64,000 nucleotides of DNA from assembly GCF_006345805.1 (NCBI RefSeq), contig NC_043024.1, forward strand, positions 18,414,001 through 18,478,000, read 5' to 3'. The notes below the pieces were generated by a model, which did not search any database, was not told where the DNA came from, and saw only the letters and a program-made list of their open reading frames with translations. The DNA is from Octopus sinensis (Eukaryota). The first letter of the stretch is position 1, and the number at the start of each line of letters is the position of its first letter. Position numbers and translations under genes: made by a program. Of this stretch, positions 1-12,200 are shown piece after piece.

Positions 1-723
1 ATGAAATTTGAGATTTTTTTGCGGAGAGGTAAAAATGGTAACAAAAACAGGACAGTAAAGACAGTACAAAATATAAACAATAAAGGACAGGACAAAGAGA
101 ATAACAGTAACACAAACATTGAGAGATGTTAAGCCAGAACGAAAGAAAAAATATTATGAACGCTTTTGGGGACGGCAAGAGAGAGACAGGAAAGCCATCC
201 ACACTTGAAGGAAGCCAGGTCAGAAAGACAGTAGCAGAGCTCTCGTCGCGGGTCAACGACGGGAGGGACGAGGAGGAGCAAGAGAAAGGGAGAGAAAAAA
301 GGGAATGGTTGTAGAGAAAACCAGAAAGAATGAGAGAGAGAGAGGGACAGAAAGGTTAAGAGTGCGCATCATTATTAATATTAAGAACAATCTTACTTAG
401 AAATGGATGCGTGCGTTCCGTCATATAATAAATTAATAAATAAAATAAAACATATGCATATATACATACATATATGTACGTACCTACCTCTACATGCATA
501 TATATATACATGCATATATACTGCGTAACATCTTGGGTAAGTGCCTTCTACTTGGGCTGACCAAAACTTAGTGAGTGGACTTGGTAGAATGAAACTGAAT
601 ATATATTCAACGAAAAAATAAATGAATGAGTGGAAATCGAACCAGTGAGTGTGTTAGTCAATAAAGCATTAAAACAGAATGACCCTCCCCAGACACAATA
701 ATATATATATAAATATGCCATAT

Positions 724-906
724 GAAAAACACCCAGTGCACTGTAGACTGGTCGGCATTAAGAAGGGTATCCAGTTATAGAAACCAAAGCAAAACACACT
801 ATAGAACCCGGCGCAATTCCTTAGTCTGGCTTTACCAGTTCCTGTTTAGCTGTCCAACCCATGCAAATATGGAGAACAGACATTAAATGATGACGATGAC
901 GATGAT
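724..906 (+). mobile_element. Short diverged copy of the RTE-LINE 3' UTR with (GAT)n tail
   Basis: Matches the end of the LINE at 13680-13865 (aagggtatccag...ccaacccatgc...gacattaaa(tga)n). Confidence 0.7.
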
Positions 907-1027
907 CTATGAGTGTGTCATTGTGTTTGCGTTTCTTCCCTACCACTGCTTGAGAATTGAGAACCAGCGTTGGTTTGTTTATCTCCCTATCACTTATTGT
1001 GTGTATATGTGTGTATATATATGTTTA

Positions 1028-1335
1028 TGTGGAGGCGCAATGGCCTAGTGGTTAAGGCAGCGGACTCGCGGTCGCAGGATCACGGTTTCGATTCCCAGAC
1101 CGGGCGTTGTGAGTGTTTATTGAGCGAAAACACCTAAAAGCTCCACGAGGCTCCGGCAGGGAGTGGTGATCCCTGCTGTACTCTTTCACCACTCTTTCTC
1201 CCACTCTTTCTTCTGTCGGCCTGCTCGCTTAGCCATCGGGGTGGCGTCATTCGAAGGTTAAAACAATGCGAACGCATTGTGACCAGCGATGTGTAACTAC
1301 ATCTGATGGTCTGGTCGGTCACGTGATCAAGTGAT
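1028..1335 (+). mobile_element. tRNA-derived SINE, family 2
   Basis: tRNA-like head with A-box TGGCCTAGTGG (1041-1051) and B-box-like GGTTTCGATTCCC. Same head recurs at 2170 and 55632. Confidence 0.8.
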
Positions 1336-1521
1336 ATATGTTTATAGTGAATGAAAGACAGGGGATGGAAGATACGAGAAATATAATTAATCACGACAGT
1401 TGTTTCGACACATCTAGCCTCGGTCCCTCACGAGTAGGATACTTTATAACTGGTTCATATATATATATGTATGTGTATGTATATCTATATCTATATTTAT
1501 TTATGTATATATATTTATATA

Positions 1522-1925
1522 CGCGCAGGAGTGGCTGTGTGGTAAGTAGCTTGCTAACCAACCACATGGTTCCGGGTTCAGTCCCACTGCGTGGCATCTT
1601 GGGCAAGTGTCTTCTGCTATAGCCTCGAGCCGACCAATGCCTTGTGAGTGGATTTGGTAGACAGAAACTGAAAGAAGCCTGTCGTATATATGTATATATG
1701 TGTATGTGTGTGTTTGTGTGTCTGTGTTTGTCCTCCTAGCATTGCTTGACAACCGATGCTGGTGTGTTTACGTCCCCGTAACTTAGCGGTTCGGCAAAAG
1801 AGACCGATAGAATAAGTACTGGGCTTACAATGAATAAGTCCCGGGGGCGATTTGCTCGACTAAAGGTGGTGCTCCAGCATGGCCGCAGTCAAATGACTGA
1901 AACAAGTAAAAGAGTAAAGAGTAAT
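1522..1925 (+). mobile_element. tRNA-derived SINE, family 1 (CORE-like), full length
   Basis: A-box TGGCTGTGTGG, B-box GGTTCAGTCC, CORE-like cttgggcaagt, internal (TA/TG)n, (agtaaag)n tail. More than 12 copies in the window. Confidence 0.85.
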
Positions 1926-2168
1926 ATATCCTCCCCCGCATCTTCATACTCCTCCTCCTCCTTCTCCGCATCGTTATCATCATCATCATCATCGTCTTTG
2001 TCATCTTTTAACATCTATTTTTCCCAACTGCCATGGGCTGGATAACTTGACACATACCAGTGGCAAATGCTCACTGACAAAATTCAGTGAACATTTCCCA
2101 TCATAAGCAGGTAGACTGGGCCTGGTTTTCTTTTGAATATCCACTGTCTGAAATACTTTATTGAAATA

Positions 2169-2560
2169 TGTGGAGGCGCAATGGCCCAGTGGTTAGGGCA
2201 GCGGATTCGCGGTCGTAGGATCACGGTTTCGATTCCCAGACCGGGCGTTGTGAGTGTTTATTGAGCGAAAACACCTAAAAGCTCCACGAGGCTCCGGCAG
2301 GGGATGGTGGTGATCCCTGCTGTACTCTTTCACCACAACTTTCTCTCACTCTTACTTCCTGTTTCTGTTGCACCTGTATTTCAAAGGGGCCGGCCTTGTC
2401 ACTCTCTGTGTCACGCTGAATATCCCCGAGAACTACGTTAAGGGTACACGTGTCTATGGAGTACTCAGCCACTTACACGTTAATTTCACGAGCCGGCTGT
2501 TCCGTTGATCGGATCAACCGGAACCCTCGTCGTCGTAACCGACGGAGTGCTTCCATCCAT
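2169..2560 (+). mobile_element. tRNA-derived SINE, family 2
   Basis: First ~170 bp nearly identical to 1028-1200. Confidence 0.8.
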
Positions 2561-3241
2561 TGAAATATAAAATGAAAGTTTGAAAGAAATGCTTATTCTT
2601 GTGTTCTTTCATTTAAAAATCTTTGCAAATAACTTGCGAAAGCAGCTGCTTCGAACTCACGCTTTTAATTTTGTTTCTGGCTATATTATCACAGACGTCA
2701 TTAACTCCATACCAACAAAGTCAAGATATTGTGTTGCTGTTTAAACAATGTTCCCGAATAATACTTTTTAGCAATACATTCAATTAATACTTTTAACTAA
2801 TACTTTTTTAGATACAACGAGTCTGTATGCAGCTGTTCATTATTTATGTGCCTGTGCAGACGCATATATTTAAATATATGTGCACTCATAGACATACATA
2901 TATAAACAGAATTATATATTCATGTATGCATATATATACACATATGTATATACATAACCAGCATGCTTATATATGCATATATTCACATAGACATGCACAC
3001 ACGTACACAGTAAAACATATACTAAAAACACCTATCAATTAAACATTTTGGAAACCAACGTTTTTCACTGAATCAGAACCATATTCAAGGAGGCTTGTAT
3101 TTGCACAATAGGTATTTAGTCGCATACATACAAAGTATTGGCAGTTCAGTTCTTTTGTTCAAATTATTACTGCTTCGATTAAAAATTCTCAGGCTGGAAG
3201 TTCCCATTCCTCTAAGATTGCTTATTTTCTAAATTAGAGCC

Positions 3242-3336
<95 letters not shown>

Positions 3337-3339
3337 TAC

Positions 3340-3604
3340 GGAGGTGTACTTGCATAGCAAGGAACGAAACAATTGCAGCGTGGAAGGTGTTTATAAGCCA
3401 TTTAAGAAACACAAAAAAACCGTTAGATTCACTTTAACTTTTAAATTTAATTTGCATCTCAGCACGGAGTTTTGTCAGTGAACAGGTCGCGGTCTCAAAG
3501 CGACGAAAATATTTTGACAAATTAAATTCAAATGTGAAGTGAATCTAACGGTTTTTGTGTGTTTCTTAAATGGCTTATAAACACCTTCCACGCTGCAATT
3601 GTTT

Positions 3605-3605
<1 letters not shown>
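3340..3605. mobile_element. Fold-back PLE/retrozyme-like element (family C) carrying a variant hammerhead
   Basis: ~85-bp inverted arms (3368-3454 vs 3518-3605) around an HHR-like core. A homologue lies at 26640-27125. Confidence 0.65.
3471..3521 (+). ncRNA. Type I hammerhead ribozyme, G3-C8 core variant
   Basis: Stem I tttgtca/tgacaaa, core GTGAACA, stem II gtcgc/gcgac after one extra G, GAAA, minimal stem III within palindrome AATATT, cleavage triplet TTT. Confidence 0.6.
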
Positions 3606-3636
<31 letters not shown>

Positions 3637-4149
3637 ATTATATATATATATATATGAGTGTATAAAACATTATTATACACAGAGGAGACCTTGGACAGGA
3701 CACCTTACATGCTAAAAAGGGAAGTTAAAACCCAAACCACGAAGAAAAGAATTCATGAGGCACGCTGTTATAACACTAGAACGAGCAAAAAAAAAATGAA
3801 TTGGTTAATCCCGAAATCGAGTTTCACTATTAATTGCCTAATAAACTAATTTGGAATCTGTAGATCGTCAGCGGGATCGCTAATTAATGAATAGTTATGT
3901 TGTTGCAAATACGTACCGAAAACACGTGCGCGAGACAGCTACATCTTTATCAATTATGGGTTCGAACACTGTGTAGCAGAATTGAAAATTTTTTTTTTGC
4001 CTTTGGTCAGTAAGTGTTAATTTCTATTTGCTTCTACTCAGAAATCAAAGGAAATCACTACCATTCCCTTCAAACTTTGCTTTTGTCATCTGGACATCAA
4101 TGTTTTGCAACTGACCTATTTTCCATTACATTTCACACAGATCCAGTGC

Positions 4150-4390
4150 TGAGTTGCTAAAGCAGAAATATCGTTATAGCAAATATTCCGCTCAATAGCA
4201 CAGGTTTGCTTGTCAGTTGTTTGGCCTTGACCACATGAGCATGTCCCTTTGTGGTTGACTATATGTGTATCTCTGATGATGAGCAGGAGAAGTGGGGGAG
4301 CAGCATAGCCATGTGTTGAGAGGGATTGAATAAATGTAACAAAATATAACAAAATCAAAGTTTGGAGGAAATATTAGCCATTTTTCATGG
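4150..4390 (+). mobile_element. Partial copy of unclassified (AAT)n-tailed retroposon
   Basis: Similar to 22620-22760 (gcaaatatt..gctcaata..cacag..ttgcttgtcagttgtttg). Confidence 0.55.
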
Positions 4391-4548
4391 TTTCTAAGGG
4401 TAAGCAAATAGGAAAGAACTGTTGCTACCCAAGGACCATAATCGTGTTTCACAGTTTTATGTTGTCCCAGTCTTTCCCTAACTTTCTCCAAAGATATTTC
4501 AAAACAACTTATTTGTCTTCATATTGTTTGTTGTTATTATATCTCTCT

Positions 4549-4747
4549 TTTTACTCTTTTACTTGTTTCAGTCATTTGACTGCGGCCATGCTGGAGCACC
4601 GCCTTTAATCGAGCAACTCGACCCCGGGACTTATTCTTTTGTAAGCCCAGTACTTATTCTATCGGTCTCTTTTGCCGAACGGCTAAGTGACGGGGACATA
4701 AACACACCAGCATCGGTTGTCAAGCAATGCTAGGGGGACAAACACAG

Positions 4748-4831
<84 letters not shown>

Positions 4832-4985
4832 CATATATACGACAGTCTTCTTTCAGTTTTCATCTACCAAATCCACTCACATGGCTTTGGTCGGCCCGAG
4901 GCTATAGTAGAAGACACTTGCCCAAGGTGCCACGCAGTGAGACTGAACTCGGAACCATGTGGTTGGTAAACAAGCTACTTACCAC
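4549..4985 (-). mobile_element. SINE family 1
   Basis: Reverse complement of the 1522-1925 consensus. Confidence 0.85.
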
Positions 4986-4987
4986 GT

Positions 4988-5120
4988 TTGCCTTTCATCC
5001 TTTCGAGTTCGATAAATTAAGTACCAGTTATGCACTGGGGTCGATATAATCGACTAACACCATTTGTCAGTCCTTGTTTGTCCCCTTTGTGTTTCGCTCC
5101 TTGTGGGTAGTAAAGAAATA
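4988..5120 (+). mobile_element. SINE family 3 (Deu/Nin-like central domain), 5'-truncated
   Basis: tttgcctttcatcctttcga-gtcgataaattaagtaccag motif, shared with 40262-40655 and 56130-56280. Confidence 0.7.
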
Positions 5121-5439
5121 TATATTAGATGGTATAATCGCTAATTAACGACTCGTTATTAAAGAATAAATCAACTAGATTTTAGGAATAAATTATTACA
5201 ACGATTATTTAAATGCTTTTTTTTTTGTTTCTTTTGTCTTTTTTACCTAAATTAATATACATACTTATATTTGAAGTTAATATAATATCAATGAAATTAA
5301 TATTTATGAATGTTTAAACATAGAGAATTACTTTATGAAGGATTAAAGCTTGAGTTGCAGAATAAAGAGAGAATATGTACACACTGGTGTGGCTATGTGA
5401 TAAATCGTTAGTTACCCAACCACATGGTTCTGGAGTCAA

Positions 5440-6770
5440 TACCCTGCTTTCAATGACTGCATGAAGTCTTCTGGGCATAGAATCAACTAAATTTTCACAT
5501 AAAACCAATGAAATCGATCTCCATTCACCCTGAATTATGTATTTCAACTGTGTTACATTGCAGGGTTTTTTTTCTCCTCAACCTTCCTTTTCAAAACACC
5601 CCACAGATTTTCTGTTGGGTTTAAATCAGGGGACATGATAGGCCAAGGCAATACCTTTACCTTTTTATCTGATAAAAACTTGGACATCATCTTTGAAGTG
5701 TGTTTAGGGTAGTTATTCATGTCATCTATCTAGTCAAAGTCGACTCTCGGTCACTCGATGGATCAGTGTCCTCCAGTCAGTTCTATCCTGGGTCGCTTCT
5801 TTCAGATTGGCTATGGCCATTCCCGTGTCACTCTTGATGGTGCCAAGCCAGCGGGTTCTTGGTCGGCCTCTTCCTCTCTTGCCACTGACCATTCCGAGCA
5901 TGATGTCCTTCTCCAGGGATTTTCTCCACATAATATGACTAAGATATGTCAATCTATGCTTGGTGATCCTAGCTTCTGGCGACAGTTTCGGCTTGATCTG
6001 GTTAAGAACTTCTCCATTGGTGAGCCTCGCTGTCCATGGAATCCGAAAAAGTCTTCTCCAACACCAAAGCTCGAATGCATTAATTCTCTTCTGGTCAGCT
6101 TTCTTTAGTGTCCAGGTCTCGCATCCATATGTTGCTATTGGGAAGACGATTGCATTCCCCATCTGCATTTGGTAGCGAGTCTGATGTCTCTACTCATGTA
6201 AGAACATGGAATGTCTTCCTAATTCCTTGATGCTTTCCTACATTGTTTTCTGCAATGTGTCACAATAAAGCCTTCAATCCATTGTTCTCTCAATAAATGT
6301 GAGTCCTCCCACGCCAGCCCCCCTCATGCATCTCCAAAGCATAATACTTCTGCTGTCGTGTTTCATGGTAGGCACGGTGCATTTGTTGCTATTATCTTCA
6401 CCTGGTCGTTGCCATACTCATTTAATTCCATCTAACCCAAACAAGTTGATTTTAGTCTCGTCAGAAAAAAAGAATTTTATTCCAAAACCCCTTCCCCTTA
6501 CTCATATAGGTTTCAGCAAAAGAAAGGCAACTTGGTTTATGCCTGGTAGTGAGGAGAGGCTTTCTACAAGTAAGGCGTTCATGAAGACTACACAGGTTCA
6601 AACTTCAGCGAACTGTTTGGATGGATACACTCTTTCCACTAACGGAAGACACTTTTTGGGCCAAAAATGAAGCGGTACGATGCCTGTTGTCCTTCATGCA
6701 ATGTTAGATGTGGCGAATATTGAATATAGCAAATTTCCTTTAGGGTGTACATACTTCTGTGAGTTACTGT
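5440..6770 (-). pseudogene. Tc1-family DDE transposase remnant, interrupted by an RTE fragment
   Basis: Minus-strand translation gives RKPLLTTRHK, FWNKILFSDETKINLFGLDG, VPTMKH, PKHTSK, WPIMSPDLNPTENLWGVLKRKV and LVDSMPRRLHAVI, with stops and frameshifts. Confidence 0.85.
5725..6235 (-). mobile_element. RTE-clade LINE 3' fragment inserted in the Tc1 remnant
   Basis: ORF 5734-6168: YGCETWTLKKADQKRINAFELWCWRRL...GKRGRGRPRTRW, followed by a (TAGA)n-like tail. Confidence 0.85.
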
Positions 6771-6867
6771 ATATACATAACCTCGGTCTGACCAAAGCCT
6801 TGTGAGTGGATTTGGTAGATGAAAACAAGAAAAGCCAGGCCAGATTGGAGCAATCACGATTATAACC

Positions 6868-7670
6868 ATCCCCTATTTGTCAGTTCCTCCGCCTCCGACG
6901 CTTGTGCAGCAGGGACCAGGATTTTGAGACCCAGTCCCAGTACCTTGCCCGCTTGTTCATGCATCGAGGATAACCCTCAACTCTTGTCCAAACCGCCCTT
7001 GCCCGCACTCGTCTGATCGATCGCACCACCGCCCTCTCTACTTCCCCAAATCAATTCCTAACTGCGCCCCCTTTCCCCTCCTTTTCCACTCATCTACCCT
7101 ATCCATTCGTCGGAGAATCCTACGGGCCTTCTGTCGTATCCAGCTAGATCCCGCCACCTAGCCCAATTCCCCAAGCCACCCTTGTCTTATTTTAAACGCG
7201 CCTGCAACCTACGCGATCTACTGGTCCGTAACACCATATCCTCTCCCCCTAGACCCACCCGGATCTTTCCCTTAGTCTAGATCCCGCTGCCACACCTGCC
7301 CTTTCACCACCAACATCACCTCTCTCACTGGATCCAGCCAGCACACTCTCACATTAGAAACTCCTCCTGCACCACTTCAAGCCTTATCGATTGCATTAGA
7401 TGTCATCTCTGCAATAAACTCTACGCTGGTCAGACGGGCCACCGGCTGGCCGACCAGTTCACCGAACGTCTAAGAGATGTTCGGCTACACACGAACACCC
7501 CCATCGTCCGTCGTTTCCGCTTGGCCAACCATTCCCCCTTTAATATCTCCGTCTTTGGTTTCGCCCTGCACCACGGATCCACACACACGCAACTCCGCCT
7601 GGAACAGAGCTACATTTTCAGTCTACGAACACAAATTCCTTCCGGACTCAGCACAGCCCCTTCTTAACGA
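6868..7670 (+). mobile_element. Penelope-like element: RT thumb plus GIY-YIG endonuclease remnant
   Basis: Degenerate reading gives QFLRLRRLCSRDQDF, HRG*P (cf. RGYP), FKRACNLRDLLVR and CIRCHLCNKLYAGQTGHRLADQFTE. Confidence 0.8.
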
Positions 7671-7899
7671 CTGTTTCTACAAACTCCTTAAAAAAAGCAA
7701 CTTTTTATTTTATTTTATTTTATTTTATTTTATTTTATTCGTCTTATTTTATCCTCTCTTATACCCTCTTACTTTTTTTTACACTGTTACCCTTTGATCA
7801 ATTTTTTATCGTTTTCTTTCCGTCGAATTGTTTAACTTTTTATTTGCATTATTTTTTTTATGATTGTATTAATTTCTACTTTATCCATTTAATTTTAAT

Positions 7900-8660
7900 T
7901 TTTTAAATCTTTTATCTATTAATTTTTGTAATTTTTGTATTTTTTTTTACGTCTTGTACCCTTTCCCCCTTCCTCCCCTTTATTTATCGATCTTCTTTTA
8001 TTATATTTTATTTTATTTCTGTGTGTACGCACACATACATACACACACGCAAAAATACACGCATCTGCGCACACACATACCTCCTGCACACACCACACAC
8101 ATACACACAACACACATGCATGCGCATACATATACACACATACATGCAGGCCCACATGCACACATGTACACACGCACATATACCCCCCACAAACCACACA
8201 TATACACACATGCACGCACACACACACATACACACATGCACGCACACACACATATACACACGCACAGTCATACGCACACATGCGTATAAACGCAAACATG
8301 CGCAAACAAACGCACACACACAGGAATGCACATATACCTCCACATAACACAACCCCACGCACACATACACATATACACATACACACGCACACACACATAC
8401 GCACGCGCACACACGCATAGGAATGCGCACATACACATACACACACCTAGATACACACGTGCATACACTCACAAGAACGCACATATACCTCCACACACAC
8501 ATATACACACACACACATGCACACACACGCACACATGTACACACGCACGCACACACATACACTCACACAATTACATATATATGGGCATATAAACACACGC
8601 ACATACACGCACACACTGACTTTCGCGCACGCATATACCCACACATACCTACTTCTCTTA
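7900..8660. repeat. Degenerate (CA)/(CATA)-rich low-complexity tract
   Basis: Directly visible. It accounts for the His/Thr and Val/Cys ORFs. Confidence 0.9.
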
Positions 8661-8715
8661 CACTCTCCTGTCTTAGAAAGAACTTTTTCTTCACCCATTC
8701 CCTTCCGGTCATTTC

Positions 8716-8892
8716 AAAATGTAACCACATCTGAATCGTTGGCGATTTTCTTCCTCCGTCTTCCTTTTCTATTGGACTTTCTTCTTTTTCTGAAGAAGAT
8801 CCTTGCTCGAAACGTTAAACCATCTTTCCTTCCTTCCATGAGCGTCTGCTAATACTTTACATATACCACGTCCTCGTGTTGGTGTTTTTTTA
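8716..8892 (+). mobile_element. PLE pLTR-like repeat (family D) with HHR-like core
   Basis: CTGAAGA...CTCGAAACGTT...GAGCGTC at 8790-8846. Homologues at 34389-34598 and 61727-61928. Confidence 0.6.
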
Positions 8893-9055
8893 TTTACGAA
8901 AATAAACAAAAGACGAAGGCAGGTGGAGTACAAACAAACACATGTATTAGTATAGCGCTCAGGAATAGAAAAAGTCTTTTACGTTTCAAGCCTACGCTCT
9001 TCTACAGAAAGATACACAGAAAAAAACAAGGAGAGAAAAAAGATGTGTGTAGTAG

Positions 9056-9058
<3 letters not shown>
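8893..9058 (-). mobile_element. PLE pLTR-like repeat (subfamily D') with defective HHR-like core
   Basis: Minus strand reads CTGTAGA-AGAG...CTT-GAAACGT...GAGCGCTA. Near-identical relative at 14428-14602. Confidence 0.55.
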
Positions 9059-9097
<39 letters not shown>

Positions 9098-9141
9098 CTA
9101 CTACACACATTTTTCTCTCTCTCTCTATATATATATATATC

Positions 9142-9200
<59 letters not shown>

Positions 9201-9204
<4 letters not shown>

Positions 9205-12200
9205 TTCACTTGCGCTAAATGAGGATGCAAAGAGAGAAGCTTGGAGACGCCACTATGAAAGGTTGCTGAATGAGGAAAATGAATGGGATAAAGAGAGTCT
9301 GCCGAATGTTGACCCAACAGAGGGACCAGCTATCCGAGTTGATAGTTCCGTGGTAGCTAAGGCAATTAGAAGCATGAAGACAGGGAAAGCCCCAGGCCCA
9401 TCAGGAATTACTGCAGAGATGCTCAAAATATCTGGTAGTGTCGGCTATAGCATAGTCACCCGTATAGTTAACCAGGTGATACACGAAGGAGTCATACCCA
9501 ATGACTGGTGTAGCAGCATAATAGTCAACTGCTACAAAGGTAAAGGCGATGCCCTAGATACAAATAACTACAGGGGCATCAAGCTGTTGGATCAGGTAAT
9601 GAAGGTTACGGAGAGGGTTATAGCCAGTTAATTAGAGAGAGAGTTAGCTTAGATGATATGCAGTTTGGGTTCGTGCCAGGGAAAAGTACTACTGATGCTA
9701 TATTCCTGGTAAGACAGCTGCAGGAGAAATACCTAGCCAAAGGTAAGCCCTTGTACTGGCTTTTGTTGACTTAGAGAAAGCCTTTGACAGGGTCCCCCGA
9801 TCCCTTATCTGGTGGTCAATGAGGAAACTAGGGATAGATGAATGGTTAGTGAGAGCTGTGCGAGCCATGTACAGAGATGCAGCTAGTAAGGTGAGGGTTG
9901 GCAACGAGTACAGTGAAGAATTCCGGGTAGAGGTTGGGGTCCACCAAGGTTCAGTCCTCAGCCCCCTCCTATTTATATTAGTCCTCCAGGCAATAACGGA
10001 AGAATTTAAGACAGGATGCCCCTGGGAGCTCCTATATGCTGATGACCTTGCTCTAATTGCTGAGTCACTATCAGAACTGGAGAAGTTTCAGGTGTGGAAA
10101 CAAGGATTAGAATCGAAGGGCCTTAGAATCAACCTAGCCAAAACCAAAGTCCTAATAAGTAGGAAGGTGGACCAACCACAAACGACTTCAGGTAGATGGC
10201 CCTGCTCGATCTGTAAAAAAGGTGTAGGTAGAAACTCCATAAGGTGCACCAAGTGTAAGCTATGGACACATAAGAGGTGCAGCAATGTCAAAGGAAGGCT
10301 AACTAAGAAAATAGTTTTTGTCTGTGGCAGATGCTCAAGAGAAATAAACACTGGAAATGTGCAGAGACCAACTTCTACCACGTTCCAGGGAGACAAACTA
10401 GAAGTAGTTGATAGCTTCCGCTACCTAGGAGACCAAGTCAGTAGCGGGGGTGGGTGTGCTGAAAGTGTAACTGCTAGAGTAAGAATAGCCTGGGCAAAGT
10501 TTAGAGAGCTTACCCCTGCTGGTGACAAAAGGCCTCTCGCTAAGAGTAAAAGGCAGACTATATGATGCGTGTGTACGTACAGCCATGCTACATGGTAGTG
10601 AAACATGGGCCGTGACAGCTGAGGATATGCGTAAGCTTGCAAGAAATGAAGCCAGTATGCTCCGATGGATGTGTAATGTCAGTGTTCATAATCGTCAGAG
10701 TGTAAGTACTTGAGAGAAAAGTTGAACCTAAGAAGTGTCAGTTGTGGTGTGCAAGAGAGACGGCTGCGCTGTATGGTCATGTGAGAGAATGGCTGAAGAT
10801 AGTTGTGTGCAAAAGTGCTACACCCTAGCAGTTGAGGGACCTGTGGAAGAGGTAGACCCAGGAAAACCTGGGACGAGGTGGTGAAGCACGACCTTCGAAC
10901 TTTAGGTCTCACCAAGGAAATGACTGAAGACCGAGTCCTATGGAAGTGTGCTGTGCATGAGAGGACCCGGCAGGACTAGTCAGGCCATATCCCGTGGCCC
11001 CTACCTGGGACGTAGTCGATCCACCTGTGCATACCTTCCTTCTTGTGACACTTGTGAAGACCTGCTGAGGCAAGTGAAAATCAATCAAAATAGATGAACA
11101 TCAATGGAATTTGTATCTTTGTGGTACCAGTGCCTGTGGCACACAAGAAAACCATCCGAACGTGGCCGTAGCCAGTACCGCGTCGACTCGCCTCTGTGAT
11201 GTGGGAACATGGTGGCACATAAAAACACCATCCGAAGACCCGGCAAGACTAGTCAGGTCATAACCCGTGGGCCCTACCTGGGACGTAGTCAGTCCACCTG
11301 TACATACCTTCCTTCTTGCGACACTTGTGAAGACCTGTTGAAGCAAGTGAAAATCAAAACAAATCAAAATAGATGAACATCAATGGAATTTGTATCTTTG
11401 TGGTACCAGTGCCGGTGGCACACAAGAGAAAACCATCCGAAAGTGGCCGTAGCCAGTACCGCATCGACTGGCCTCCGTGCTGTGGGCACATGACAAACAC
11501 CATCCGATCGTGGCCGTTCGCCAGCCTCATCTAGCACCTGTGTCGGTGGCACATAAAAACACCATCCGAAGACCCGGCAAGACTAGTCAGGCCATAACCC
11601 ATGGCCCCTACCTGGGACGTAGTCAGTCCACCTGTGCATACCTTCCTTCTTGTGACACTTGTTGAGGCAAGTGAAAATCAAAATCAAAATAAAAATAAAT
11701 CAAAATAGATGAACATCAATGGAATCTGTATCTTTGTGGTACCAGTGCCGGTGGCACACAAGAGAACCATCCGAACGTGGCCGTAGCCAGTACCGCATCG
11801 ACCGGCCTCCGTGCTGTGGGCACGTAACAAACACCATCCGATCATGGCTGTTCGCCAGCCTCATCTGCACCTGTGTCGGTGGCACATAAAAACACCTTCC
11901 GAAGACCGGCAAGACTAGTCAGTCCACCTGTGCATACCTTCCTCTTGTGACACCTGTGAAGACCGGTTGAGGCAAGTGAAAATCAAATCAAATCAAAATA
12001 GACAAAATAGATGAACATCAATGGAATTTGTCAAATCAAAATAGACAAAATAGATGAACATCAATGGAATTTGTATCTTGTGGTACCAGTGCCTGTGGCA
12101 CACAAGAAATCCATCAGTGCTGTAGTCAGTGCGGTGGGCACATGACAACCCCATCCGATCGTGGCCGTTCGCCAGCCTCATCTAGCACCTGTGTCGGTGC

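Noticed and set aside
126-340. Possible very old family D-like repeat on the minus strand
   Set aside because: Only two short patches resemble family D and the GAAAC core is absent.
1028-1105. Possible tRNA gene
   Set aside because: The tRNA-like head continues into a shared SINE body and lacks a proper acceptor stem and terminator.
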